From Octopus sinensis (Eukaryota), in NCBI RefSeq assembly GCF_006345805.1, contig NC_043018.1, positions 28,892,001 to 28,956,000 of the forward strand: a stretch of DNA of 64,000 bases, in the 5' to 3' direction. The notes beneath the pieces are model-generated. The model was not told where the DNA came from. It worked only from the letters and a program-made list of their open reading frames with translations, and searched no databases. The stretch's first letter is position 1; each line of letters starts with the position of its first letter. The position numbers and the translations under genes are program-made. Of this stretch, positions 38,826 to 53,300 are shown piece after piece.

Positions 38826-40520
38826 AGGCTTACTTACCATCTTAACCTTAGCCAGTCAGTATTTTATCTACAACGTTGTAGTTTTTCAGAAACTACCAGA
38901 AAGAATTGACTATTGTGATTCATTCTGAATAGAGCGATGGCATTAATTCATAACATAAACTTTACTCGGCACAATTCAATTTGCTGTACAGGCCAATATT
39001 TGGCATTTTTTCATATCCAATTGTTCGAATTTATTTATATCGTTTTTTTCTATATATAATTAATAAAACATTAAATTCTAATAGGAATGAAGAAGATATA
39101 TGTAATTTATTAGGAAAATAAACCAATACTAAAAAACTTAGGTTCTTATATTTGTAATGTGAAGGAGGAAGATGATGTTAAAGACAGTAATTGTGATACT
39201 ATTGGCGCTGATTAAAGTTCTTTTAAAATTGATATTGAGTATCGTAACGTTTAATAGACTATTGTTCTCTCTATCAATAATGAAACTTTTATTCGTTGCT
39301 TTTTCTAGTAACAAAGATATTTTTATTATAACGGATGAATTACTAAATAGATATTGTTATTTATTGATGATATTATAAGAAATGAAGAAAATAACCGTAT
39401 CATATTCAGATTTCAATTTTATGGCTGTTTTCTAGAGAATAAATGCTATTTAATAATTTTTTTGATTCAACAAAAATATATTATTTTTCTTTTTTTTTTA
39501 AATATAATCTTTCTTCATTTTAAATTTATTTTTCTCCTATTAAATTTTATTTGTCTCCTTTTTCACTTTGCTAAGTAGGCTATAACGCAAATGTAATGGA
39601 GCAGAAATACAATGTTTATTAAGTATAAGAGGAAAATAAAATTAAAATGAAAATTAATATGTAATAAAGACAAAAGAATTCGCTCTTTATAAAGTATTAT
39701 ATTGTCAGAGAAGTTCCTTCGTTACATTCCAATATTATTTGAATTAAAATTAATGTTATTGCAGAGTTTTACTTGTATATTTATACATCAATGTGTGAGT
39801 CTTTGTTTCTGCATTAGTCTCCCACCACTGCTTGACAACGGGTGTTGGTGTGTTTACGTTCTCGTCTCCAGTGGCTCGGCAAAAGAGACCGAGAGAATAA
39901 ATTCCTGGCTTAAAAAAAAAAACAGGTAAAATTCTTCAAGCTGTTACCCCAGCATGGCCGCAGTCTACTGATTGAAACAGGTAAAAGATTGTAGGTCTAT
40001 CCTTCCTCTGTTTAATTAGAATGAATAAATTTCAACTTATTTCAGACGTATGATGATGGCGTGTCAAGTATGTAAAAAAATTAGCAGTTTCCACACCTGT
40101 ATCTCTTTGATTTCAATGAAAGTTCCAAAGCTGCTGAAGCCGCTCCAGACAGTTCTGCTGTTTTTTGTTACAAAAGCCGCATACCTGATTTTCGGCACGA
40201 AGATTCGTGTTACTTATTTGTTTTTTTCCCTGTTTGGTCAGAGAGAAAAACACAGTGAATTAGATGATACTTGTAATAGGTTTCTTCATTTAGTTTCCAT
40301 TGCAAACACTGTGAAAATAGCCTCGTAAAAAATAAATATTTACTTGAAAAGTTTTATTGATTCTTTTACCAAATATAAGGATTGGAATATCTACTGATAC
40401 TCAACTCGATCTGTGGATAAAAATAACAACAAAAAGCAAAACAAAAGCAAACTCTAAAGTAATGTACAGCATGTTAAAAATTGGTATTTGGTCCTCAGTA
40501 ATAAAATATTTCTCATCTCA

Positions 40521-40937
40521 TTATTTACATTATTTACATTTGACGGATGTTTGTCCTATCTTGTTGCTAATACACCGTTTCGGCTGATATACACTCCAGC
40601 CTTTATCAGGTGCCTTGGGAAATTTCGAATCTGGGTTCTCATTCCTAAGGTATTTTTCGATATTATTATTATTATTATTATTGTTATTATTGTTATTGTT
40701 ATTATTCAAGTCAGTGCCTGGAATCGAACTCGGATTCTTGGGGTTGATAGTCCGAGCTCTTAACCACTGCGCCATATGCCCGTGGGTTCGAAATTTCCCC
40801 AAGACACCTGATGAAGGCTGGAGGGTATATCAGCCGAAACGTTGTGTTAACAACAAACAAGATGAGGAACAATATCCGTCAAATGTAAATAATGTAAATA
40901 ATGTACATAATTCCTCATCTCTTGAATATAGGATTGA
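40521..40937 (-). mobile_element. tRNA-headed element with hammerhead-bearing 3' part and an inverted partial duplication; 13-bp TSD
   Basis: TSD atttctcatctca at 40508-40520 and 40938-40950. tRNA-like head 40781-40711 (tggcgcagtgg A box, gagttcgattcc B box). HHR motifs at 40572-40613 (-) and 40804-40847 (+). Confidence 0.8.
40804..40847 (+). ncRNA. Minimal type I hammerhead ribozyme (Penelope-type)
   Basis: acac CTGATGA a ggctg-gagggtatat-cagcc GAAA CGTT gtgt. The palindromic AACGTT replaces stem III. Confidence 0.7.
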
Positions 40938-41197
40938 ATTTCTCATCTCAGTTCCAAATATAGATTTATTCTAATTAATGACGCTGCATGTATTCTGAAG
41001 AGATAGAGAGAGCATTTTGGACATTCTTCAGAAGCTAACGTAACTGGTTGAAAAGGTTACAAAAGACCTACCGCGGTATCATACTTTTGAATAAGGAGAT
41101 AATAATCTTGACATAGATGAAGTTTGCTATTGAACAGAGGAACTGAATGAAATCCCTCAAAATTGATGGCATAATAGTTGAGGTTATGTATAAGGGT

Positions 41198-41520
41198 GAG
41201 GGCGCGTGGCTGAGTGGTTAGGGCATTCGGCTCATGATCGTAAGGTTGTGAGTTCGATTCCCGGCGACGCGTTGTGTCCTTGAGCAAGACACTTTATTTC
41301 ACGTTGCTCCAGTCCACTCAGCTGGCAAATATGAGTTGTACTTGTATTTCAAAGGGTCAGCCTTGTCACTCTCTGTGTCACGCTGATTATCCCCGAGAAC
41401 TACGTTAAGGGTACACGTGTCTGTGGAATGCTCAGCCATTTGCACGTTAATTTCACGAGCAAGCTGTTCCGTTGATCGTATCAGCTGGGACCCTCGTCGT
41501 CGTAACCGGCGGAGTCTTTA
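41198..41520 (+). mobile_element. SINE, head M (CAT anticodon-like, CORE-like body) + tail 2
   Basis: ggctcatgatc loop, tgtgtccttgagcaagacac CORE-like motif, TSD atgtataagg at 41186-41195 and 41522-41531. Confidence 0.9.
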
Positions 41521-41529
41521 GATGTATAA

Positions 41530-41826
41530 GGAGGCGCAATGGCCCAGTGTTTAGGGTAGCGGACTCGCGGTCGGAGGATCAAGGCTTCGATTTCCAGACC
41601 GGGCGTTGTGTGTGTTTATTGAGCGAAAACACCTAAATGCTCCACGAGGCTTCGGCAGGGGGTGGTGGCGACCCTTGTTGTACTCTTTCGCCACAACTTT
41701 CTCTCTCTCTTCCTGTTTCTTGAGTAACGCTGCGATGGACGGGCGTCTCGTCCGGCTGGGGGAAACACATGCGCCATAGAAACCGGGAAACCGGGCCCAT
41801 GAACCTGGCTAGGCTTTAATAGGGCG
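41530..41826 (+). mobile_element. SINE, head R + tail 3
   Basis: Head R and body, then ctgcgatggacgggcgtctcgtccggc...gaaaccgggaaaccgggcccatg. Confidence 0.85.
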
Positions 41827-41899
41827 ACGTTTATCGTTTATCGTATATAGCATGGAGGGGGGGTAGTAAATGATTTTGTAATCACAGAAATTGTGAACG

Positions 41900-42400
41900 T
41901 GTAAAATGATTCACCAGTTTCACCAGGCTGGGGAGATGGGACAATGATTTCAATGCACAAAGGAAAATTGCCAAATCAAACTGTAATTAAATTTATGGTA
42001 CTTCCTTACATGGAACTGTTGTTTGCTCACCCATGAGACTTTTTTGAGTCATTTGCTAACAGATACATGTTCCATCATTGTTTCAGAATCTCATTATGGA
42101 TTCAGAGCTAATAAAAGAATCAGAAATATGATTTTGCATCTGACAATTTCGAGAGAAGTGAGTAGAACAGAGCGACACTCTTTATCAAGTTTTTGTTGAT
42201 ATAAAGATGGCCTTTCATATGCTGCATAGAAATGCGCTCTGGATAATATTTGGAAAATTAAGATGATCAGCAAAGTGTGTTGATTTGTTTGTCCAACCCC
42301 GAATTGGCAAGGAACCCTATTTTAACTAATATGCTATTCTAAAATGCTATGCTTGTGTCCTAGGATTGGTTCTGTCCGAACCAATCCTACGACACATGAT
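41900..42400 (+). pseudogene. Highly degraded RTE/BovB-like reverse transcriptase remnant
   Basis: SESHYGFRANK...LYQVFVDIKMAFHMLHRNALW resembles PESQCGFR...FVDLTKAFDTVNR.ALW. Confidence 0.55.
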
Positions 42401-43218
42401 TGTTAATCAAAAATATAGATCTGTGCTAAATATATTCTTGATATACTTAGTAGCACTGATTACGAATATATATTTCAGGACTGTGATGTAGACATTTTTG
42501 TCCGTTGTTGCAGAAGAGACAAACTGTTTAATCTAAACTGTTGCAAAGCAAAATCGAAATTCTTTATAATGCTAGCTTTATTATTTGTACGTTGAAAGAT
42601 ATTTCTGTTCGTAGGTTTGGTTTTATCACCAGAAGATATTGTCGAAAACTTGCAAAAGGTTCCACATTGTGGTACTGAACCTGAAACCACTTGTTTGGGA
42701 AATAAACCTCTTACGATACAGTAACACCTGATGTATATTTATGTATATATATTTTGTTGCGTCTTGGGAGAGTCATTACGCGAATAAAAACAACACACGC
42801 ACAGGTTCAACTCCACTTCTTTATTATAAAACAATCGTTTAAATATCTATCCAGCTAACGAATCGTTCGTTTGTTTTACTTGTTCGATAAGCTGTCAATG
42901 GTTTTATCGTTTTTTTCTTTTTTTTCTGTTCATCAATATTTTTCGTTGCCATTCGCAACCTTTTCAGCGATCGTGTCTTCATAACTAGTTTCAAAAGCTG
43001 CCATCACCTCTCTCTCTCCCTAACTCTCCCTTCTATCTCTCTCTTCCCTCTGTCTCTCTATCCCTCTCTCTCCCCTCTGTCTCTCTCTCTTCCCTCTGTC
43101 TCTCTCCTCCTCTCTCTCCGCTCTGTCTCTCTCCTCCTCTCTCTCCGCTCTGTCTCTCTCTCCCCTCTACCTCTCTCCCCCTTTGTCTCTCTCTACATAT
43201 ATATGTGCGTGTATGCAA

Positions 43219-43480
43219 GTGCATGGCCTAGTGGTTAAGCAGTTACACTCACCAGTGCTTGATCGTGGGTTCAATTCCCTGATTAGGCACCGCGTTGTGG
43301 TCTTGAACAATACATTTCATTTCAAATTGCTACGGTCCTCCTTTCGATCAGAGAAGGGGTATTGTTGGCGTGCTCGCCTAGCGAGCGGCGTCATTTGAAG
43401 GTTAAAACAATACAAAAGCGCATTGTGACTAGCGATGTGTAGCAACATCTGAGAGTCTGGTCGGTCATGTAATCCCGTGA
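43219..43480 (+). mobile_element. SINE, CORE-like head + tail 4
   Basis: tggcctagtggtt...gggttcaattccc head. The tail matches the reverse complement of 8462-8580. Confidence 0.7.
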
Positions 43481-43826
43481 TATATATGTATGAGTGTATG
43501 TGTGTGTGTATGTATGCATGCATGTGTATTAGTGTGTGCATTAGTCTGTGTCTGAATGTATTGAAGTGCTTTCCGAAATAAGCAAGCACTGCACTATAAT
43601 GGCTCCGAGGAAGGTATAAGATTTGCACAAGCACTCAGCTCTAAGTGTGTATCTTCTCATAGCAGAAACAGCTGTAAGCTGATCAAGTAGATTACATAAA
43701 ACCTATCTCCTTGTCATTAATTAATTAACTAATTAATTAATTAATATTACGATCTGTATTCTTCAATCGCTTTATTCTAATATATATATATATATATACA
43801 TACATATATAATATATATATATATAC

Positions 43827-43869
<43 letters not shown>

Positions 43870-43883
43870 TATATACACATACA

Positions 43884-43919
<36 letters not shown>

Positions 43920-44783
43920 TATATACACATACACACACACAAATATATTTCTACTACCGGTGAAATTCTTCATATATACACGTTATACGCTTCTACATAC
44001 GTAGACAGTCTCACACAGGTTTCTGTTATAATATAATGATACTCAGAAACCCCTCCCCAATAAATGACATAAAAAACGGGATGAAAAGCTTTTACTGTTA
44101 GTAGTCACACAATAGGGAAGAAACCAAACCGCTCAAACTCTTTCTCTCTCTATGTATATATATATTTATCACTGTCTTCTTCTCCCCCCCCCCACCGGTC
44201 TCTATCACTTCCTCTCTCTACCTATCTATCTCTGCGTGTGTCTTTCTGTCTCTCGCTTTTCATCGTCTCTCAACTTGGTGCTGCTTTATGTTGAACAAGT
44301 AATCACATTTATTATTGTTAATATTCTCTTTGTCTAGCGTCACACTTCACACCTTTCCCTCAATAACAGTTTTCAATTGGATTTACTTGCTATAATAGAG
44401 AAAGGAGAAATATATCTTCGTAATGGCTCTACATACAGAGTTGTACTTCACACTGTTATTCTCTTTCTCTCTCTCTCTCTCTCTTGTCTTTATATTTCTC
44501 TAGGTATCTTTATCTATCTTTCTGTCTGTCTATCAGCCAGTCTGTCTGTCTCTCTGTCCGTCCGTGCGTTTGTATGTCTGTCTGTCTATCTGCCTACTTA
44601 TCTATCTATCCATCTATCTATCTATCTATATCAGTCTATCTGTCTGTCTGTCTCTCTCTCTTTCTTTCTCTCTCTCTCTGTATATATGTATCCGCTTATC
44701 TGTCTATCTGTGTCTATCTCTCTGTCTGTCTGTCTCTCTCTGGATATATGTGTTTGTGTGAGTGTGTGTGAGTGTATAGATAA

Positions 44784-44858
<75 letters not shown>

Positions 44859-44867
44859 GATAGATAA

Positions 44868-44904
<37 letters not shown>

Positions 44905-47303
44905 TAGACAGATAGATAGATAGATAGATAGATAGATCACTGTGTCTCTCGAACTTCAAACGATTTCTCTCTTCAAATATCTCTCAAGTCACCAGGAGGT
45001 GAATATTTATCAAGCGGGTATGGAAAGATTCATACAATGATATATTGAGACACAACTTTTCGCAAATGAACACGTGTACTCGCACACACACATACATACA
45101 GACATACACGCACAGACACACACACACACACACACACACACATGAATGCTTAAACATACAGACGCAATCATACATGCACATAAATATATGTATGCCTGTG
45201 TGCTTGTGTGCGTGCGTGGGTACGGATGATGTGTGTGCGTGAGTGTGCGTGTGTGTGTTTGTGTGTATTTGTGTGTGTGTGTGTGTGTGTGTGTGCGTGC
45301 GTGCGTCTGAGCTGTGACAAATGATCACTAAGAACGATATTGGCAACAACCCCAAGAAATGATCAGAAAGAATAGCAAAATCAAAAGAGCAAAAACGCTA
45401 CCACTCCCATCTCTTTGACTGCTGCCATTATTAACTAACACCACCTCCACCATAACCTGCACCAGCGTCGACATCCCCACCACAAGTGCCAGTACCGCCT
45501 TCACTCTCCAGCGAATACATGCCTCTACGCGATCGCTCGACCTGCAAGAACTGGCATCCGAATCCCTTTCAAACAATACACTACCCTCTTAAAAATAGTT
45601 ATTATTTTAAAAGAATACAACCTAAAAACAAAGACAGGAAGGAAGTTATGGTGTTCGTTGTTTGTCTATCATCAAGCGATGTTACCTATTCGTTGAAAGA
45701 GCGGGGAAATTGCCCTTAAGCATTGTCTTCGACACGCCGGCGATTTTGCCAGCTTGTCGCCTTTAATGGTTTGACATTTTGGCCAGTGACTAGGAAATTT
45801 TAAGGTAGGGGTTCAGTTGATTGCATCAACCTCAGTACGGAACTGGTACATAGCAGAATTTGAGATGAAAACTTAAAGAGGCGCAAAATTTACGCAAATA
45901 TCTTGTTTGCCGCATTAACTATTTTACTTCATTTCACATTAACGATTCCTTTCAAGTTAACGGTTTCACATTTTGGCACATGGCCTGCAATTGTAGGGAG
46001 CGTGGGTCAATCAATTACATCGACCCCAATGCTCTACTGTTGCTACTTATTTTATCAGCACCGAAGTAACTGAAGTGGTAATTGACCGAATTTGAACACA
46101 GATTGTATCTAGTGGTAAGAAATGCTTCTAAGTATTTTCTTCCATGCGCTATCCACAGCAAGCTAACCATTTTATTCACATTAATAAAAAAATTATTTTG
46201 ATTCACTGTCTTGAGACTGTTGTTTTGATTTCAATTTTAATCAAAGAATACCTATAAATTGCAATTAAAAAAATTATAAAAGAGAAAATCAATTGAATTT
46301 AATTCAAAATTATTTCCTCAAGAAGCATCACGTAGCCATATAATTGTCGTTCAAATAATTTTTTTCTTGCATTATTTGTCGATTACAAAAAGGTTTCTAC
46401 CTGCTAAATGACTATGCCATTACATACCCAGTAATAATCCCAGCAGCAACACGTATTGTATTAATAGTTTTCTATAAAAATCTTCGTTAATTTTACATTT
46501 TATTTCACCGCGTGAACACAGCTACTTAACATTTTTCAACAGAACAACTCGAACAAGAACATCATTTGTCTTCATATAGCTCTTTAATATTCTGTTAATA
46601 CACTGTCCTCGATGTTTTATGAATAAATCATTAGTAGTACTTCTCTTTACGTTCTACAGAAGATTCGCTTCTACACAGACAGCTTATAGCACAATACATA
46701 CATTTTTCTTCGAATGATCAGATGATAACTAATTAATATGTGGGAGTATATGCGTGTTGATGTGCGAGAGAGATGGAGGAGCGGGATGAACAATTCTCGT
46801 ATTAATTTTAATGATTGAATAGAAAGACGAAAATAAATTTGTAATTACCGATTTGATGTACAATACCAAGTAATTTTACAGGCGAATATAGAGTGTATAC
46901 AACGTAGTGAATTGTATACCGAATATGCAGAAGAGGAGGTATATATTCTGTATGTGTGTAATTGTATATATGTGTATATAGTTTACTGTTCCGTTAAGGC
47001 AAGATCAGCAATAAAATTATTCCATCCAGTTAGAAATATAAATATCATTTAACGTACGATAGATTCTTCATTGCAGACGCGGGTTTAGGCAGGTTTTTAT
47101 AACTCGTCTTGTGTGTCCAAGCAAGAAATATTCAATAACCCGTATCTTTATACTAAGTGCATAAAATTTTATATATATATATACAGACATGCAGGAAGTA
47201 AATAGACACCTTTAATTTTCAAAATCGTTTATGTGATATTAATTGGTTGAAGGAGAGTTTTTCTTCTAGCTATTCGTCCTTAATACCCAAGCTGATGCAG
47301 ATA

Positions 47304-48585
47304 CGAGGGCCGTTCAATAAGTAATGCCCCTGACCCACTTCCCATAGCAGTAGAGCAACGAAACTTGGCACAGTTATTAGTCTTTTTCTACATAGGAACC
47401 ACCCAGAGTTACGCATTTCTCTCATCGTTTGATGCGGCTCTGGAGACCGTTTTTGTAGAAGAACCCAGCTTGGTCCTCCAACCTCAACGTGACTTCAGAA
47501 ATCAAGGCTGCATCATCTGGGAAACGCTTTCCTTTCAAAAACAACTTCATGATTGGGAAGAGGTGAAAATCAGAGGGTGCAAGGTCAGGAAAGTAGGGGG
47601 GGATGGGGAGGAGTTCATAGCCACACGCCTGTGCTTCTGATCTGGCGACAAGCGAGTTGTGGACCGGAGCGTTGTCCTGCAGGAGGAGGAGGCCTTTGCT
47701 GATCTTGCCCCGCCTCTTGATTTTGATAACTTCTCTTAATTTCCTCAAAAGTGAAGCATAATAGGCTCCTGCAATTGTGGTACCCTTTGCCAGGAAATCT
47801 GTCATCACTACTCCGTCCTGGTCCCAGAAGACTGTGAGCATGACCTTGCCAGCGGAGGGCTGCACCCTTGCCTTCTTTGGAGGGGGTGAATCACGGTGCT
47901 TCCACTGCATTGACTGGGCTTTGGTCTCTGGATCATCGTGATGGACCCAGGTTTCATCCTGTGTAATCAGTCTTTTGAAAAATTTTGACTCATCTTCTTG
48001 GCACATCTCCAAATTCACCCTCGAGCACTCGACGCGTTCTTGATTCTGGAAAGGCGTGAGCAACCTGGGAATCCATCTGGCAGACACCTTTTGCGTATGC
48101 AAATGGTCATGAATGATAGTTTCCACAGACCCAGTACTAATTTTGACCTCATGGGCTATTTGGCTAATAATTATGCGTCAATCTTCCAAATTGGCAGCCT
48201 CAACTTGACGGACATCAATTGCAGAAGGGGGCGACCAGATCTGGGAGCTGTTTCCACAGAGTTCCGACCATGTTTCAATACACGATGCCAGCGCTTTACA
48301 AGTTCACATGATGGGGCATCATCACCATAAGTTACTTTCATTTCATCAAAAGTCTCCCGTGGTGTGCGTCCTTTCAAATACAAAAACCGGATCACTGCTC
48401 GACACTCAACAGGCTCCATTTCACACTTGACTCGGTTCGAACACCTGTAAATCAGAAACCACAATTAATTCAGAGCTATAATTTGCCACTTACTCTATAG
48501 AGATATAAATAATTGCACATGCAAAGATCAGCTAGATCAAACAATTGCAAGTGGGTCAGAGGCATTACTTATTGAACGTCCCTCG
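47304..48585 (-). mobile_element. Near-complete mariner (D,D34D) transposon, 1282 bp, irritans-like TIRs
   Basis: 37-bp TIRs cgagggccgttcaataagtaatgcccctgacccactt (47304-47340) and 48549-48585. TA TSD on both sides. Confidence 0.95.
47377..48419 (-). pseudogene. Mariner transposase, frameshifted near 48170-48220, premature stop at 47422
   Basis: Motifs RAVIRFLYLKG, WIPRLL, ITQDETWVHH, LLQDNA, YFPDLAPSDFHLF. Confidence 0.9.
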
Positions 48586-49714
48586 TATGTAACACACGTT
48601 CTTGGACTAACTTCTGGCTGTTTTGTAATGTCAGAAGCCTTCGAACGGGGGTTCGTTTTCCACAGTTCTCTTCAAACAGCGAATCTTCCTTTTCTAGGGC
48701 CCAGGTCGGCGGGACGAGAGTCTGTTCATTCTTTACCTTGGCTTTTGAATTGAACTATAATTGTATTAACATTAGCTAGAGGAATTTGAAGATTTGCGGC
48801 AATTTTTCCGGTATTTATGTGAGCGTATGACTAGACATGTTTACTATGAAATTTTAATCGTATTTTATATAAGTAGCAGAATCATAACACAGTAATTTCC
48901 CTTTATATAACGGTATTTTTTCATAGCGTTTTTTCAGATGGCCAGATAACCGAAGAGATGGTGTTGTGGATTTCCACTTCGGCATCTGAAACTCAGAGTT
49001 TTATCTTGACTATTGAGTAATTGTAACATGTTATTTTATAGATAAATTTCCTCTATTTACATAATATTGAGGTCTCTTTCTTTCTTTTGTTATCTTACCG
49101 TTTTTACCAATATATATTTATATATATATAAGACCTGATTTTTATTCAAAGAATCTAACGGAACTCGTGGTAAGTACTCCAGTTAAGAAACCAGCTATGT
49201 AGTCAAACACACATACACACACAACTATACTCCACATGACTCATATTGATAAAGTAGCGATATATTTTGAGAAGTTAACTGTATAGTGAAAAAAATCTTT
49301 GTGATTTAGCAAAGGTTTTGAGATACGTTTTAATCAATTCCAAAATAACTTCTTAAGTTTGCTGTTTGAGAGAGAAAATATGTGAAGCATAACCATGGCT
49401 TGAATATATCAGTGATCAGCATATCAAACAGATGTGGAAGTGGTGGTGTTGTTGGTGGCAGTGGTGGTGATAGTGGGAGTCACGGAGATCTGACAGTGAT
49501 GAGGATGTAGACGTCGACTACATTGATAACGATGGTGATGATGATGAACCTCAGTCTGATGCTACCGCTGCTGATTATGATCATGTCGATGAAGAAGCAG
49601 ATGATGATGATGATGATGATGATACTACCATTGGTAATGATGAAGATATGGCTAATGACAATTCGTTCGAGTCTAATAAATGCTATTCAAATTAATTTAT
49701 TGCCATTAAATAAT

Positions 49715-49761
<47 letters not shown>

Positions 49762-49978
49762 CATAATTAAATCTCAGAATGAGATTGAAACAGTAATCGC
49801 TCGATAATGTAAAGTATAGAAGCCATCTTATCATGGCTAACCACATTGGGGAGGGGGTTGTTACTGTAGCTTTATAGCCCCAAGAGATCTTCGTCTCTAG
49901 CTGGCTCTAAACACAATATCTGTGTCTTTGGAGTATTTTCAAAGGGAGGCCATCCCTTCCTCGCAAGCCTGAGTGATA

Positions 49979-50021
49979 CGCTCGAACTAGTTTCGGGATG
50001 TTTGTCCCTCGTCAACGGGCG
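49979..50021 (-). ncRNA. Putative minimal hammerhead ribozyme (U3 variant)
   Basis: cgcccg TTGACGA ggga-caaaca-tccc GAAA CTAG TT cgagcg. Palindromic AACTAGTT, stem I 5/6 paired, GUU triplet. Confidence 0.6.
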
Positions 50022-50382
50022 GCAACCACCAGGTAGCGATGAAATTTTCTTTATTATGATCAATAGATCTAACATAGAATGGGTACATTACAGGACAAAA
50101 CAATTACAAAAATGCTATGCGAATTCGAATGAAATTATAAAAATTACAAAATTAAAATTTTATGTAACTTGAACGAAAACTTGGCTTACTTTGCCTTCAA
50201 ACGAAACCTTGGCTTACTTTTGCCTTTATCACGAGAACTTTTAGTGCGTATGTTTTCTTTTTTTTTATTATTTCTTTATTTTAAACAGTTATGTACAGTG
50301 AAAGGGAATGGGAGGTACCAGTTTCAATTTTGAACCCGGCAGCCTATAAATCCCAGCAGCTGATTTTTCCTTTCCTCGATGA

Positions 50383-53300
50383 TTAAGCTGGGTTACTCTC
50401 ACCCACCTTTCTCATCACATCCTTCCAACGTTCCATATACTCTTTCTGTGGCAGGCTCCTCTTCTCCAACCCCATCTTGCTCTTCAGATGATATCCGAAG
50501 TATTTTAACAAACCGGGGCCAGAGATAAAGGACCCTTTCACTAGACCTTCCACTCTAGTTCTCCATACACACTCTTTCAATACTGCCACCGTACAGTAAA
50601 AACAAGCCTTACCTTCCTTTGAGAGTCCAGTTGGCGGTATCATCTTAATCATAGATCCAGCCGACAGCTGTACTCGTCCCAGATGCGACAACACGTGTTC
50701 CACGTAACTTATCAAGCCTGACAGCTCCCGACATTGTACAAAAGCGTGTTGAACGGTTTCATCGTCCAACCCACATCTTGGACACGTCGGTGGCACTGAC
50801 ATTCCGTGCCTGGATAACTTCTCGCGAACAGGTAATGCATTCCTATAGCACTGCCAGGTCAGGGATTTTTGGTAATTATCCAAATACCCCGGCCTGAAAG
50901 TCTTCTTAAACAGGTTGGAGAGTTGATCCTCATCGAACCCCAGAGCCCTTCCTAGGACGTCGTCATTTTTTCCTCCTACCAGCCCTTTATAGAACACCGA
51001 GGTGGTATTCCCGCTGCCGGCCTTACCCATCTTGTGGATCAGCCAGAGTGCCTGTCGGCACTCCTTCTGCCATGAAGTCAGTTTACGTCCTTTAATGAGA
51101 CCGGGTGTAAATCCCTCCATAGAGGCCGGTCGCGGGAAGAATTCCTCTGCCAGCGAACTCCACACCTTATCATCCTCCAGGTAACACCAGAGGTGTCTCA
51201 GCCTCAACGCATGCTTGCGCATCATTAGCCAGGCATCCCCAGTCCACCCTTTAGCGGTTCCTGGCAACACACGGAGCGTCTCACAAGTGGCTTTCCTCCT
51301 TTCCACAAAAAGCGGAAAAGAAGTCGTTCCAACTTGTTTAACCACGAATCGGGGCAAGGCACGACGGTCAGGCGGTAGGTGACGACAGAGGCTATAAACA
51401 TCTGTGCCACCTCCGCCCTCCCTTTCAAGGAAAGATGCCTTCCGGACCACTTCCGTACTATGGCATCCACCTTGCTCGTTACCTCGCTCCAATTCTTCTC
51501 CGTCTGGGAGTCTGGACCAAACCATACTCCGAGCAATTTAACAGGACCATCCGTCCAGTGTCCAACAACACTGGACGGTATCTGCTTGTTCCTCCAGGTG
51601 CCGAGGCGCAAACCGATGGACTTGTCCCTGTTAACTTTTGCCCCTGCCACCGCTTCGTATCTATGGAGAGCACCTACTACCCGAGGTAGCTGTGTTCCGT
51701 TGGACACGATGAGGGTGACGTCATCCGCATAGGCAGAAACAGACTTACCGCATCCGATTTCATTAGGGTTGCCTCCCAACTTCTCCAGCTTCCGCAGCAA
51801 TGGCTCAAGAGCCAAAACATACAGGAGCGGGGACAAGGGGCACCCTTGTCGAACTGAACGCTTGATCGAAAACGGCTCCGTTAGGTAACCGTTTATCTGG
51901 ACTGTGGACTTGATGCCGCTGTACATAGCTGAGATCCACCCGCAGAAGCCAGGGCCCAGCCCAGCCGCTTCGAGAACCGCCGCCAAGTACCGATGGTCCA
52001 CCCTATCAAACGCTTTACTTTGGTCTAAATGGACCAATGCCCCTCCTTTGCCGTCTAATTTCCCGACCCTATCTATAGTGTAGCGGAGAAGGTGAAGATT
52101 ATCCTGGATCGACCTGCCTGGGATTGCACATGTCTGTGCCTTCCCGACAAGTTTCTTCACGACAGCCGTCAACCTTTTTGCTAACACCTTGGCCAAAATC
52201 TTAAACTCTACATTAAGTAGAGTTATGGGCCTGTAATTACTAATACTGTCCCCCTTGCTCGGGTCTTTCTGGACCAGCGTCACAACTCCCCGACTCACAG
52301 AGCTGGGAATCCTCCCATTCTGTTGCCAGTTTGCATAGACGCTTGCCAGTATGTCCCCGAACAAGTCCGGCATACAACAATAAAATTCATAGGGTAGACC
52401 ATCCAATCCCGGTGACTTTTCCCCGGCGCACTCGGCCATAACCCCTCTTACCTCCGCGGGAGAGATCGATCCTTCACAGCACTCCGCCTCACCTGCCGAG
52501 AGCCGAGGCCCACCAGCTAGGAAGTCCTTTAAGGTCTCCCCACGCTCGAGCGGGCCACCGCCCCAAACAGCCGTGCGAAATGCTGGTGAAGGACCTTCTG
52601 CATCTCCTCCTGTCCATAGATCTTGCGGTCCTGCTCGTCAGTTAAGGACATAATACAGGACTTTTTGCCCTTCTGACTCTCCTCACGACGGGCCCATCCG
52701 GCAACGTTAATACCTTCTCGTTTTCCTGCACGTAACTTAGCTCTGACTCTACACCCCTCGTGCTTGGCGTTGAGGTGACGGTACAATACCGCTCTCGCTG
52801 CCAACACTCCGGATGCACAGCCAGATTCCATAGCCTCGTCTAAGTTCTTAACTAATTCGCCCTCTATTCTAGTCCTATCTAAACTTAGCTGCTTGCTAAA
52901 TCTAATGGACTCCAAACGGATGGCTCTTTTGAGGGCGAGCCACCATCTATTATTAATGATGGTGCCACATAATGCCCTCTGTACTAATTCCTTAATCCGG
53001 GTACGGAAAGCTTCACAGGTCAAAATAGACTTGTTCATCTTCCAGTACCCGGGACCTTGTCTATGGCATTTATCTACATGTACCTCACACGTTACAAGTT
53101 TGTGATCCGTGTAAGGCACAACAGAGAATTGTGGACAGCTAACACTATTCCTATCTCGTTCCTTAACAAATACTCTATCTATGTACGATCTGAGTGAGCC
53201 GTCGTTATTACTCCACGTCCACTGTGGAACGTTCGGCTCATCCAGTCGAAAACGGTCTACTAGATTAAAGCTCGCTAGTAGAGCCTTGAGGCCAGGATTC

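Noticed and set aside
49498-49695. Acidic open frame DEDVDVDYIDNDGDDDEPQ... after a possible AG acceptor
   Set aside because: Best explained as a decayed (GAT)n microsatellite. No polypyrimidine tract, partner exon or recognisable domain.
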